From a virus, in IMG/VR virus record IMGVR_UViG_3300032046_005540, positions 32,001 through 96,000 of that record: a stretch of 64,000 nucleotides of DNA. One strand, given 5' to 3'. The position numbers and the translations under genes were made by a program. Positions 42,197 to 52,223 of the stretch are shown one piece after another (the first letter of the stretch is position 1; each line of letters opens with the position of its first letter). Below the pieces are notes generated by a model. The model worked only from the letters and a program-made list of their open reading frames with translations. It ran no database searches and was not told where the DNA came from.

Positions 42197-42460
42197 CTAT
42201 TCTTCTTTATCGGCAACAACCTCAAGGCCTAGGAGAACATCAGAAGAAATTTGCAAGTACAAACATAGTTTCTTAAAAGTAGATAATGAAGGAATCTTTT
42301 GAAGACTTTCATATTCTCTTAAAAGATTTGGATCTTTATTCAGTATTTTCGCCATTTGAGCTTTAGTATGGTAAGGTGATCTCATTTGCATTCGGCGTTC
42401 TTTTAATAGTTCATTATCAAAAATTTTCCAACCGTCAAATTTATCTACAATTTTTTCCAT
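42197..42460 (-). CDS. XRE/Cro HTH regulator
   Basis: LKERR..TKAQMAK....EYE....PS....KLC..L..S.D.LLG. Confidence 0.8.
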   Translation of the reverse strand: MEKIVDKFDGWKIFDNELLKERRMQMRSPYHTKAQMAKILNKDPNLLREYESLQKIPSLSTFKKLCLYLQISSDVLLGLEVVADKEE

Positions 42461-43860
42461 TATTCAATCACTCCAGAATCTTCTTTGTAAGTATGTTTAT
42501 CAGCAGTAGAAATCTCAGGTTCTAAACACTCGTCTCTATTTTCTTCTCTTTGTCTAAATCCAGGAGTACCTTTCTTTTCTAACTTACTGAATTGTTTCAA
42601 AGTTTCAAAGGCTAAATTAAAATGACTTTGTTTCAAAATTACTTTATCATTTTCACCTAAAGAATTATCCTCAATAGCAAAACTCGAAGCAGTTATAATC
42701 AATTCTCTTAACAAAGCTCCAGTAAAACCTTTAGTCAAAACACTTAATTCTTTCCAATCAATATCTTCAGTTTTTAAATCTTTGCAAAAAACTTTAAGCA
42801 TTTTGAAACGTTCCTTATCTTCGGGCAAAGGTATTTTTATTACTCTATCAAATCTTCCAGGACGCTCTTTAATTGCTTTATCAAGCATTTCAGGGTAGTT
42901 AGTAGTCATTATAATCAACACTCCATTGTTTTCAACAAGACCATCTGCTTTATTAAGAAACTCTCCTAAAACTATTGAATTGTTGCCATATTCCCTAGAA
43001 GTTCCATAAAAATCAACATCTTCTAAAAACAAAATAGTAGGGGCAAGTTCATCTGCTAATTCAAATAACATATCAATGTGTGAAGTACGATCACTTTGAA
43101 AAAATTTAGGAGTAACCCAAACAAAAGTCACTCCTTCTGTTGTTGAAACTAAAACTTTTCCTAAAAGAGTTTTTCCAACTCCAGGATCGCCACATAACAA
43201 AATTCCTCTTTTTGCAGGAAGACCATTTTTTCGATATATTTCAAAATTTGCTAAATATCTTTCAATATTTCTTTTAATTTCTTCTTCTATATTCTTTGAT
43301 AAAATTATATCATCCCAAGTATAAACTCTTTTTAATTTTAAAAACCTTCCAAAAGGAGTGATCTTAGCCCCTTTTAAAAAATTCAAATATTTAACTTTAT
43401 CTTCTAAATCAGAAATAATTTGAGAGGCTTCTTCCTTATTTTCATTAGAAGAATAAACATAAACATAACCTGCATTACAACTTCTTTCAAAATCAATATT
43501 AACTACAAATTTTTTATTATTTTTAGTCAAAAAATAATTACCAACAGTAACTACATTAGCAGTTTCATCTTCACTTATTTCAACTTGTATTCTTTCAACT
43601 TCCATATCATAACCATCATAATCATAATTAAGTAATTGACTAACTACAAAATTCTTTTCTTTTAACAACTCTGGAAGGGAATAACAAACAATAGGCATTT
43701 TAAATTGAGAATATGTTTGTTTTGTAGAAAAAAGATTATCTAATTTAATTTCCAAAAAATCAATTACAAATTTGTTATGAGATTTGTAACGATGAAACGC
43801 CTCTTTCATAACTTTCTCAAACTCTTCTAAAGAAGCGTCTGTAAACTTTTTATTTTCCAT
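42460..43860 (-). CDS. AAA+ ATPase
   Basis: GDPGVGKT, LFLEDVD, TTN, RPGRFDR. Confidence 0.9.
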   Translation of the reverse strand: MENKKFTDASLEEFEKVMKEAFHRYKSHNKFVIDFLEIKLDNLFSTKQTYSQFKMPIVCYSLPELLKEKNFVVSQLLNYDYDGYDMEVERIQVEISEDETANVVTVGNYFLTKNNKKFVVNIDFERSCNAGYVYVYSSNENKEEASQIISDLEDKVKYLNFLKGAKITPFGRFLKLKRVYTWDDIILSKNIEEEIKRNIERYLANFEIYRKNGLPAKRGILLCGDPGVGKTLLGKVLVSTTEGVTFVWVTPKFFQSDRTSHIDMLFELADELAPTILFLEDVDFYGTSREYGNNSIVLGEFLNKADGLVENNGVLIIMTTNYPEMLDKAIKERPGRFDRVIKIPLPEDKERFKMLKVFCKDLKTEDIDWKELSVLTKGFTGALLRELIITASSFAIEDNSLGENDKVILKQSHFNLAFETLKQFSKLEKKGTPGFRQREENRDECLEPEISTADKHTYKEDSGVIE

Positions 43861-44355
43861 TATTCACCTCACTTCTCCAAACTATTGAACCTACTACCAA
43901 AAGAGATGCTTCTGTTAACAAAGGATTTACATAAACAAAAATTTTTGCAACATCAGTTATTGGAGCCTTTCCATCAAGGATTCTCTTTTGCCACACAAGA
44001 GGAATTTGGGTTTTTACTTTTGAAAAAACCTCTTTCAAAACTTCTTCATTAACAAAAATAGCAATAGGTTTCCTCTTTTGTTTTAACAAAAGAATCCTTT
44101 GTTTTGCCATAGCATTAAATAATTCTTCATTACTTAAAATAACATCTCTTGCTTCTTCGAAAAACATTTTTAAACAAACATCTTGTTGTTTCAGTTTTTC
44201 AAGTGTTTGTTTCTCAATCCAATTATTTAGTATTGGTATTTTTATCATTATCTCTCTCCGCAGATTATAATAGTTTTCAACTTTTCTTTTACAATCTTTG
44301 CATTATTTAAAATATCATCCTCTCATTTTTAGAACAATAATTCCGAATAATATTT

Positions 44356-44766
44356 TTATTCATCTTTTTTTCTTAACTCTTCTAAACGTTGATCAATTAA
44401 TTCAATTATTTCATTTGCAAATTTTTCATCCTGAAATAGAAGATTTAACAGCGTCACAAATTTTTTAACTAAATCTTCATCACAAACAGTCACAATCGTG
44501 CTTTTATCTCCGACTATTCTTTCAAAATGTATCCAAGGTTTATTATGTTCTTTTGCTAATTTTTTAGTTTCATATGCTCTTGTTATTATAGAATTTTTTC
44601 TTCTTGTCTTTCCTTCTACAACAGCATATTTATATAAAATATCTCCTAAACGTTTTCTTCCACTATCGTCCCTGTTGTTTTGCCCCGAAAGCGGATTTCG
44701 ATGGACGTTAAACCACTGACCGATTTGTTCTTCAAAAGACTTAAATATTGTATTTCGTTTTGCCAT
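44356..44766 (-). CDS. PD-(D/E)xK nuclease, Holliday-junction-resolvase-like
   Basis: FEEQIG..RNPLSG..GDI..VEGK. Confidence 0.65.
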   Translation of the reverse strand: MAKRNTIFKSFEEQIGQWFNVHRNPLSGQNNRDDSGRKRLGDILYKYAVVEGKTRRKNSIITRAYETKKLAKEHNKPWIHFERIVGDKSTIVTVCDEDLVKKFVTLLNLLFQDEKFANEIIELIDQRLEELRKKDE

Positions 44767-45475
44767 TATTCAACTCCAAAGTAATTCTTTGATTTGTTAT
44801 TTCAATAGCTTTCTCACTAATATCAACTCCAATATAATTTCTTTTACTTCTTATTGCGGCAATAATAGAACTTCCAGAACCTACAAAAGGATCTAATACT
44901 AAATCTCCTTCATTTGAAGAAGATATAATCATTCTATAAAATAATTCAACAGGTTTTTGAGTATCATAAACAGTTTTAATATCTAAATTTTTATAATTTG
45001 TTTGACACGCAGTAATCTTCCAAACATCAATTTGTTCAATATTATTATCTTTAGCTTTCTCTTTAACATTAATATCAAAATTTTCTTTTGCAAAAAAGAA
45101 AACAGGCTGATAACTATATTCCCATCTTTTTGAACTCCAAGACCTTCTTGCAATATTAGGTTGGTGCCAAATAATCAAATTTTTAAAATGCCAATATTTT
45201 TTATCAAGTCCAGATAATATTTCATAAGCTTTCCACATTCGTAAATGATTAAAACACATATACAAAGCTCCAGTATCTTTTAAAACTCTATACATTTCAA
45301 AAAACCACTTACTAAAGTTTTCCCAATAAACATTTTCCTCAACTTCTTCTCCAGGAAAACTTTTACCACAATGTTGTGGAGGGTCAGTAACTATTAAGTC
45401 AATGCTTTTAGAAGGTATTTGATTTGCAACATCAAACCAATCACCTAAAATTATAGTGTTTGTAATATTATTCAT
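44741..45475 (-). CDS. Beta-class N6A/N4C DNA methyltransferase with atypical DPPQ motif
   Basis: IDLIVTDPPQ, TQKP, VLDPFVGSGS. Confidence 0.85.
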   Translation of the reverse strand: MNNITNTIILGDWFDVANQIPSKSIDLIVTDPPQHCGKSFPGEEVEENVYWENFSKWFFEMYRVLKDTGALYMCFNHLRMWKAYEILSGLDKKYWHFKNLIIWHQPNIARRSWSSKRWEYSYQPVFFFAKENFDINVKEKAKDNNIEQIDVWKITACQTNYKNLDIKTVYDTQKPVELFYRMIISSSNEGDLVLDPFVGSGSSIIAAIRSKRNYIGVDISEKAIEITNQRITLELNNGKTKYNI

Positions 45476-45481
45476 TTTATT

Positions 45482-45688
45482 TTACTCTTTCAACCATTTA
45501 ACAGAGTTTCTAATATGAACGATAAGATAAGCAGCCACACAAGGTGCCAATCCCCACTGTTTATCAATAACAACATAAATAATCCAAGCTATTTGAGTTA
45601 TAATTCCTACAATTGGAGCCCAACGCCACTTATTACCCATTAAAATTAAAACAAAAACACTTAATGTTCCTGCTATCCAACTCCACAT
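45482..45688 (-). CDS. Small PnuC-like membrane protein
   Basis: Hydrophobic; W-rich pattern. Confidence 0.45.
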   Translation of the reverse strand: MWSWIAGTLSVFVLILMGNKWRWAPIVGIITQIAWIIYVVIDKQWGLAPCVAAYLIVHIRNSVKWLKE

Positions 45689-45690
45689 TA

Positions 45691-46335
45691 TTAACTCCTT
45701 ACTTTACTTTCTCCATTTTCATTTAAACTAACTTCGAATATCTTTGACGCATATTCTGAAAGGATATTATCGTGTGTAATTAAAATGATTTGCCTTCCAA
45801 ATGTTTTTGATAATTCTACCAAAAACTTTCCAAAATTGGGGATATACTGAGAGGAAATCATCTTCCCTGGCTCGTCAAGGAATAGAGGGCCTGAAATCTT
45901 TGAAAGCTCTAAAACTATTAATCTTAAAATTACAGACACTATATCCACTATACCTCCTCCATAAGTATTAAGAATATTTCCCATAATTTTCTTTCCACTA
46001 TCTTCCCATTCTAAATAAAAGTCAGCTTCAATTTGATTTCTACGAGAAACAAAATCAACTACAAATGTTATAGTTGGATCTTCGAATACAGAGCGCAATC
46101 CATGAGTGACCAATGTTTCAATTTCATCTTTAATCTTTTTTCGAGCAATAACACTTGCTTTTTCAAACAAAAGATTTACTTGCTTATAAACTTCTACTTT
46201 CTCTTCACTTTCTTTAAGAAAGTTTGTAATGTTTTCGAGAGATTTTTTCTTCTCTTCAAAACGTCCTTTTATACGTTCTAAAGCTAAAAATTCATCATTA
46301 AGAGAATTCTTTACTCGATTAAACTTATTTTCCAT
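45691..46335 (-). CDS. SbcC/Rad50 C-terminal half
   Basis: Coiled coil, GGG signature, LFLDEP Walker B, LITH H-loop. Confidence 0.85.
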   Translation of the reverse strand: MENKFNRVKNSLNDEFLALERIKGRFEEKKKSLENITNFLKESEEKVEVYKQVNLLFEKASVIARKKIKDEIETLVTHGLRSVFEDPTITFVVDFVSRRNQIEADFYLEWEDSGKKIMGNILNTYGGGIVDIVSVILRLIVLELSKISGPLFLDEPGKMISSQYIPNFGKFLVELSKTFGRQIILITHDNILSEYASKIFEVSLNENGESKVRS

Positions 46336-46570
46336 TTTTAATTTCCGAAAGTTTAGTTTCGATTTCAGATAGTTGAGAACTTATAGAATCTTCAAGTTTC
46401 TTTATTTCTGTTGCTAAATCCTCAGGAGTATAACCTAATTCTTTAATACGAGCAACTAATTCATCTCGTTGTTGCCTTAAAACTTTTAATTGTTCTTCTT
46501 TTCGAATTTTTTCAGATTTCAATTCTTCTACATTTGTTTTAAGTTTTTTTAACTTTTCGTGACTATCCAT
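46325..46570 (-). CDS. Short coiled-coil protein
   Basis: Heptad pattern; overlaps the SbcC C-terminal half. Confidence 0.65.
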   Translation of the reverse strand: MDSHEKLKKLKTNVEELKSEKIRKEEQLKVLRQQRDELVARIKELGYTPEDLATEIKKLEDSISSQLSEIETKLSEIKNGK

Positions 46571-46773
46571 TTTTATTCTCCTTTTTTAAGCACAAATCAT
46601 TCCCGTTTTTCCCCAATTAGCAACTACAATCTTCAGATCTTCCTTCGCCCTTTCTATATTTTTATTAGCTTTATCTTGACAAATATGCATTTCTTTTAAA
46701 GAGTGAGTAGAGAATAATTTATTACAAATAGGGCAATTATCAATCGTACTCGGATCTCTTCTCCACATAAATC

Positions 46774-47445
46774 TTATTCCTCCTTTATTAAACTTAAAAA
46801 AGCTTCTTTACCATTTTTCAAAACAAAACTATCAGGATCTTCACCTTCTGATAATTCAATATTTATTGCTTTTATTCCTATTCCTTGCAAATTAGTAATT
46901 GTTTTTTTTGCTGCTTTCTTTCCAGCAGCATCTGAATCAAATACAACAATAACTTTATCAATATATCGACACAACAATCTTGCTTGATCCACAGTAAAAG
47001 AAGAACCACTTAATCCTACAACATTAGTAATTCCTTCCTGAAACAACCTTAAAACATCAAACTGACCTTCAACCAAAATACCAAACTCTAATTCTTTTAT
47101 TTTATCCCGAGATTGAAATAAACCATACAATATCCTACCTTTTTGAAAAATGGGAGACTCTTTTGAATTTCTATATTTTGGAGATTCATCAGAAATAGTT
47201 CTACCTGTAAAACCTACAACATTACCATAAACATCAAAAAAAGGAAAAATTAAACGATTACTCAAATGCCATTCATATAAAGAATTTTCAGGAGCATATC
47301 CTATTTTAAAAGTTTTAATTGTTTCTTCACTAATCTTTCTACTTTCAAGATAATCCAAAACTTTTTTTGATTTAAATAATTCTTGTTGAAAGTATTCTAA
47401 AGCTTTTTCGTTTGTAGCTATTAAATGTTCTATTTCTTTATTCAT
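46774..47445 (-). CDS. dnaG: DnaG-type primase core lacking the Zn-binding domain
   Basis: RLIFP..GFTGR..PKYRNS..LYGL; VEGQFD; FDSDAAG; DPD. Confidence 0.9.
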   Translation of the reverse strand: MNKEIEHLIATNEKALEYFQQELFKSKKVLDYLESRKISEETIKTFKIGYAPENSLYEWHLSNRLIFPFFDVYGNVVGFTGRTISDESPKYRNSKESPIFQKGRILYGLFQSRDKIKELEFGILVEGQFDVLRLFQEGITNVVGLSGSSFTVDQARLLCRYIDKVIVVFDSDAAGKKAAKKTITNLQGIGIKAINIELSEGEDPDSFVLKNGKEAFLSLIKEE

Positions 47446-47569
47446 CTTTTACTTTTTCTCAATATTAAAATTATTTTTTAAAAATTTACCTTGAGATATA
47501 CTTAAAATAATCCCTATAACTACAGCACATCCCATTCCTATAAAATAAACCCAAGAAAGAGTATTCATT

Positions 47570-48517
47570 TTAATTTTCCTCCAGTTTGTTTTTTATTTCA
47601 TCCACTAAAGTTAAAGCTTCTTTAATAACTTCATCACTTACATTATCTTCTTTTGCTAACTTTAAGATCAATCCTTTTAAATCTTGTTCTTCTAAATCTT
47701 CAGTTCTCTTTGAAAGAACTTTCATAAAGTCTAAAATTCTCTCAGATGTTTCATTACCCAATTTAACAACATTTCTAAAAACATCCTTAGAAGGTTTTGC
47801 ACACGTTAAAGGAACTATTTGATAATCTATATCTTTTCCTTCTATATTTAAAATAACAACTGAAGGAGAGAAAATCCTCTCAATATTTTCAACTCTTCCT
47901 AAAGAACCAGGGTTAATAAACAAAGTTCCATTCACTCTTTGAGGTTCCCATCCAGGGTGAAAATGCCCAGATAAAAATAAATCAGCCTCAGTCTTTATAT
48001 CCTTTATCAAAGTATATTCATCAAAAAAAGGTTTATCAACAACCATTCCATGAACCACCTCTATCAAAACAGAATCCTTATCATTTTTTTCTAAAGAATA
48101 GTTTTTAGGATTTTCATCTAATCTATAAGAATGGTTTATACCAACTGCAAAAATATTTGGTGAAAGCTCAGTTGGAATAGATTCTAAAGGATCAATTACA
48201 TCAGCTGCAATCAATACTCCTAAAGCAGTCCTTGAAATAGTATGTTCATTATAGGCTATAGTATCATGAGAACCGGCGACACAAAATATAGGAACTTCCC
48301 AAGATTTAAAAATCTTTATATATTCCGATATAAGAGATTTCGAAGTATCAGGACTATGAAATATATCTCCTCCATGAATTACAACATTAATATTTTGATC
48401 CTTAATAATTTGTCCTATTTCAAAATGTTTTTCTTTCAACGCTTCTGGATAATCATCTTTACGACTACAAGGATTATTACCTCTTATATGAGAATCAGTA
48501 AGAAATAAAATTTTCAC
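47570..48517 (-). CDS. SbcD/Mre11 nuclease
   Basis: TDSH, GGDIFH, GSHD, GHFH, NPGS. Confidence 0.88.
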   Translation of the reverse strand: MKILFLTDSHIRGNNPCSRKDDYPEALKEKHFEIGQIIKDQNINVVIHGGDIFHSPDTSKSLISEYIKIFKSWEVPIFCVAGSHDTIAYNEHTISRTALGVLIAADVIDPLESIPTELSPNIFAVGINHSYRLDENPKNYSLEKNDKDSVLIEVVHGMVVDKPFFDEYTLIKDIKTEADLFLSGHFHPGWEPQRVNGTLFINPGSLGRVENIERIFSPSVVILNIEGKDIDYQIVPLTCAKPSKDVFRNVVKLGNETSERILDFMKVLSKRTEDLEEQDLKGLILKLAKEDNVSDEVIKEALTLVDEIKNKLEEN

Positions 48518-48687
48518 TTATTTATCCTTTTCTCTCATTTTGTTCCATTTGATAATCATCTTCAGAATCAATAGCCCGAACAATTTTCGCAATATAATTA
48601 GCTAAAATTTTTATTTTTTTGTTTTTATCATCACAAAGTTTTAATAAATTTTCTAACTCTTCTGTGGATTCTTCTATATACATACAT

Positions 48688-49314
48688 TTATTCCTCATAT
48701 TTTAATTCCATTCCAAAAGTATCAACCTTTGTTACTAACTCTTTTCTTGACGCAAAATAATCAGCCATATACACTATCAATTCTGGAATAGTATATTTTT
48801 CTATAGGTTTCTTAGCTATATCTGGTCCCCAAAAAGCCATATGGTATTTTATTAAATTAAAAATTTCTTGTTGCCAAAAGGTTACCTCTTCATTAGGAAA
48901 AGTTTCTTTATAATGTTGTTCAACTAATATTGGGTGATCTTCATAAGTCTTATAATCACTTTGCCCTTTACCTCCTTTGAAACCATCATGTAAAATACAA
49001 GAAGCAATTATATTATCAGACATTTCAATATTATTAGCTCCTAAACCTTCCTCTCTATATTTAAAAGCTTGCATAAATCTAATTGCAAACCATACAACAC
49101 GTTTTGTATGTATTAATAATCCACTTCTTACATTAGAACAAACTGGATGATATTTACCAGTAGTAGATGTAGGTCGAGTCCAAAAATGTTCTGGAAATAT
49201 TCCTAATACTTTCTTAACCCACTCTCTTTTTTCTTCGTTTTTAATTAATGCTAAAGTTTTTTCAAAAACTTTTTCTTTACTTTGTTTTGCTAGTTTCATT
49301 TTACTCCTATACAA
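48688..49314 (-). CDS. HD-domain phosphohydrolase
   Basis: YHP..GLLIH, LHDGFK, YHM, ADY. Confidence 0.8.
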   Translation of the reverse strand: MYRSKMKLAKQSKEKVFEKTLALIKNEEKREWVKKVLGIFPEHFWTRPTSTTGKYHPVCSNVRSGLLIHTKRVVWFAIRFMQAFKYREEGLGANNIEMSDNIIASCILHDGFKGGKGQSDYKTYEDHPILVEQHYKETFPNEEVTFWQQEIFNLIKYHMAFWGPDIAKKPIEKYTIPELIVYMADYFASRKELVTKVDTFGMELKYEE

Positions 49315-50449
49315 AACTTTTTATAATATTTTCAGATAATTCCTGTCCGCAGGTTGGACAAACTTTCAACTCAATCAGGAAAGATTGTAACTCATTTATT
49401 TTTGTATCAATACTTCCATCTAACGTTTTTATATTTTTTTCATATTCTTTAACTTTTTCAAAAACTACTAATTGTTTTTCTAAACTTTGTAAATTTTCTA
49501 ACTGACCTAAGCCTGTTTTAACAGAATCAAAAGTTATTTCAAAATCATCTAAAGATTTTAATTTATTTAGTTCATTTTGTAATGTTTTTTCTTTACTATC
49601 AAGAACATTTATATTTGTATACAAAGTCTTAATTTCTTGCAAAGAACTACAAACTTCTTCTACTTTATCAAAAGATATACTATCAACCTTTTTAAGACTT
49701 TCTAATTCTTTTTTAACAACTTTACCTTCATTTACTACTTTTTTTAAATTACTTTCTAATCTTTGTAATTCTTCAACCAAACTAAGATTTTTTTCAACCT
49801 CATCTAAACCTTGTTTTAATCCTTTTAAATCTTGTTCTCTCTTTTCAATATCAATAAATTCTGATAACTCCTTTTCTAATATTTCAACTTTTTCATTACC
49901 ATCTTTAATATCATTAGATAACTTTCTTAAATTTTTATTTACCTGAACAATAGCACTATCTAAAATATCAACTCCAGATAACTTTCCTAATACTCTTGCT
50001 TTTAAAGAAGGAGGAGAAGATAATAGAAAAGGACCTTCAAGTTGATCTGCGAAATTTAAATCAATTTTTGAGTTGTCAAATTCAACTTCAGGCATTTTCA
50101 ATGTTCTAATAACTTCAAGAGGAATTTCTTTTCCAAACTTAGCAAACAGTTCTCCATTTAAAGTATATTCATTTGTTTTAGTTTCTCCGGTAGAAGATGC
50201 AACAATTCGCCTTTCTATAGCATCCTTTTCAGTTTCAATACTAATAATACATTCATTTGCATCAACATTTACAAAATTATTTCCACTTGGAGAATCCCTT
50301 ATTACTTTTTTCAATGCTCTTAAAATAGATGACTTTCCAGAATTAGTTGGCCCTACAATAATATTCAAACCTTCATCAAATTCTAAAGTAGTATCTTTGT
50401 GAGATTGAAAATTTTTAATTTGTAATTTTTTTATTTTCATATTATACAA
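49307..50449 (-). CDS. SbcC/Rad50 N-terminal half ending at the Zn hook
   Basis: NFQSH, GPTNSGKS Walker A, Q-loop, coiled coil, CPTCG near the C-terminus. Confidence 0.88.
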   Translation of the reverse strand: MYNMKIKKLQIKNFQSHKDTTLEFDEGLNIIVGPTNSGKSSILRALKKVIRDSPSGNNFVNVDANECIISIETEKDAIERRIVASSTGETKTNEYTLNGELFAKFGKEIPLEVIRTLKMPEVEFDNSKIDLNFADQLEGPFLLSSPPSLKARVLGKLSGVDILDSAIVQVNKNLRKLSNDIKDGNEKVEILEKELSEFIDIEKREQDLKGLKQGLDEVEKNLSLVEELQRLESNLKKVVNEGKVVKKELESLKKVDSISFDKVEEVCSSLQEIKTLYTNINVLDSKEKTLQNELNKLKSLDDFEITFDSVKTGLGQLENLQSLEKQLVVFEKVKEYEKNIKTLDGSIDTKINELQSFLIELKVCPTCGQELSENIIKSFV

Positions 50450-51231
50450 TTAAATAATTTTTTTATTCTTTCTTTTTCTTCCCTGTTTAAATCTAACATC
50501 ACTATCAACTTTAAATATTTATAACCCATATTATCTAACAATTTTCTCCTATCTTTATAATATTCCTCATGACTACGCTTTTCAAAAAGCCAATTACAAG
50601 GATGGTACTCTAAAACTATCTCATCGTTTATAATAAAATCAAACCTTCCAAACTTTTTAACATTTACTTTTAAAACATCTCTTAACCAATAATAACAATC
50701 TCGTTCCTGAAGGGAAGCAAAAAATAAATTATTATCTGAATAACAAGCAATTCCAAAACCAGTTCCAATAGTAGAAAGTAATTTATCTGATGGATTTTCC
50801 CAAACTTTTTTTAGTTTATAAGACATTTCTTCTCTATTCTTCGGATCTTTAAAATACTCTTTCATTTTACAAGAATGTTTTTCCCTATTTTTTGGATCTT
50901 TAAGATATTCCTTCATTCCATAAGATTGTTTTTCTCTTTCTTTTGGATTTTCATATCTTTTCTTTTGAGCAATAGATTGAGCAACAGATATCTTTTCTCT
51001 CATTTTAGGATCTTTCCATCTTTCTTTTATTGCTTTTCTTATTTTTTCTTTAGTTGCTTCAGATTTTGGACCTTTATTTAATCTTTTATTAGCATCACTT
51101 ACTCTTTTTAATCTTTCGTCAGTTTCTTTCGTTAATCCTGTATTCCAAGAAATACGCCCTTTATTACCACAACTTCTACATTTATTAGCATATTTACTAA
51201 TTTCTTTCCCACAACTTATACAAAAATTCAT
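50437..51231 (-). mobile_element. Free-standing endonuclease (CxxC Zn + repeats + nuclease like 37170..38207)
   Basis: WNTGLTKETDER; KDPKxREK repeats; QERDCY..GRFDF..IVLEYH. Confidence 0.75.
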
Positions 51232-51253
51232 ACTTATATTTACTCCTAAAAAA

Positions 51254-51337
51254 TGCTGGAGACCGGAATCGAACCGATACGGTTAAATAACCAAAGGATT
51301 TTAAGTCCTTCGTGTTTACCAATTTCACCACTCCAGC
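51254..51337 (-). tRNA. tRNA-Leu(UAA), no encoded CCA
   Basis: Acceptor GCTGGAG/CTCCAGC plus discriminator A; anticodon stem AAGGA-CTTAAAA-TCCTT; long variable arm; GTTCGATTCC T-loop. Confidence 0.95.
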
Positions 51338-51348
51338 AATATTCATTC

Positions 51349-51828
51349 TTAAAAATCAATATCATCATCCTTAATCGCAGACTTCTTCTTTTCTTCCTTC
51401 TTAGGCTCTTCTGCTTTCTTTTCAGACTTCTTTTCTTCAGTCTTCGGTTCTTCTTTAATCCGAGCAAGCTCGGCAGGTTTCAAAGGTCTTAACTTTACTA
51501 CATTATGATATTCTCCACTTTCTTCAACAAGAATACGACAGACCCGCCCAACCAAAATCTCAAAATCAAATACCTTCCCAATTTCAAGATCAAAATCCGG
51601 GTCAAGTACTAAAACCCATGTTGAAGTTTTATTATCAGGAGTCAATTTTTTACTTACCTGTCCAGTAACTTGCATTCCTTCATTCTCAGGATCATCGAGA
51701 ACTTCAAATGTAAAACGAACCAAAGGACCAAACTTACCCTCTTTTTCCTCTACCTTAACCAAACGAGCAGTAAAAGAACCTTCAGCAGCAAGCCAATCAT
51801 TCTTTTCGACTTCACTTTTAATTCCCAA
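51349..51828 (-). CDS. SSB-like protein
   Basis: OB-like beta pattern; acidic tail DDDIDF; TTG start after AGGAGG (ORF track extends to 51921). Confidence 0.6.
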   Translation of the reverse strand: MGIKSEVEKNDWLAAEGSFTARLVKVEEKEGKFGPLVRFTFEVLDDPENEGMQVTGQVSKKLTPDNKTSTWVLVLDPDFDLEIGKVFDFEILVGRVCRILVEESGEYHNVVKLRPLKPAELARIKEEPKTEEKKSEKKAEEPKKEEKKKSAIKDDDIDF

Positions 51829-51841
51829 TTGTTTCACCTCC

Positions 51842-52192
51842 TTAATTTTTTTTAAATTTTTTTGCCTCTTCTCTAAGCAATTCAGCAATTTTTTTACTTT
51901 CAGAATATGCTTGCTCACCAACAGGACCTTCTATACAAAATGTAACAGGAGACATTCCACAATCAGTTGTTACAAGCACTTTCCAACCATAAAAACCACA
52001 GTGACATCCATCAAAATAATAAAGTAATTTAGGCAATGCTTTTAAATTTTTTGCCCGAAACCAAATTTGGTATGGAGTTTTGTTATGACCACAACAAGAT
52101 TCTATAGTACGAATATCAGAGAGAAAATTCATAGCATCACATAACTCAATGCATTCTTTATCCATATCATTTATCATTTCTACTTTATTCAT
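51842..52192 (-). CDS. Tyw3-like domain protein
   Basis: MDKECIELCDAMN....TIESCCGH. Confidence 0.5.
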   Translation of the reverse strand: MNKVEMINDMDKECIELCDAMNFLSDIRTIESCCGHNKTPYQIWFRAKNLKALPKLLYYFDGCHCGFYGWKVLVTTDCGMSPVTFCIEGPVGEQAYSESKKIAELLREEAKKFKKN

Positions 52193-52223
52193 TTTCTTTC
52201 TAGTCTAAATATATTCTCTAAAA

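Noticed and set aside
51246-51492. ORFs 51246..51467 (-) and 51253..51492 (+)
   Set aside because: They overlap the tRNA and the SSB-like gene; spurious.
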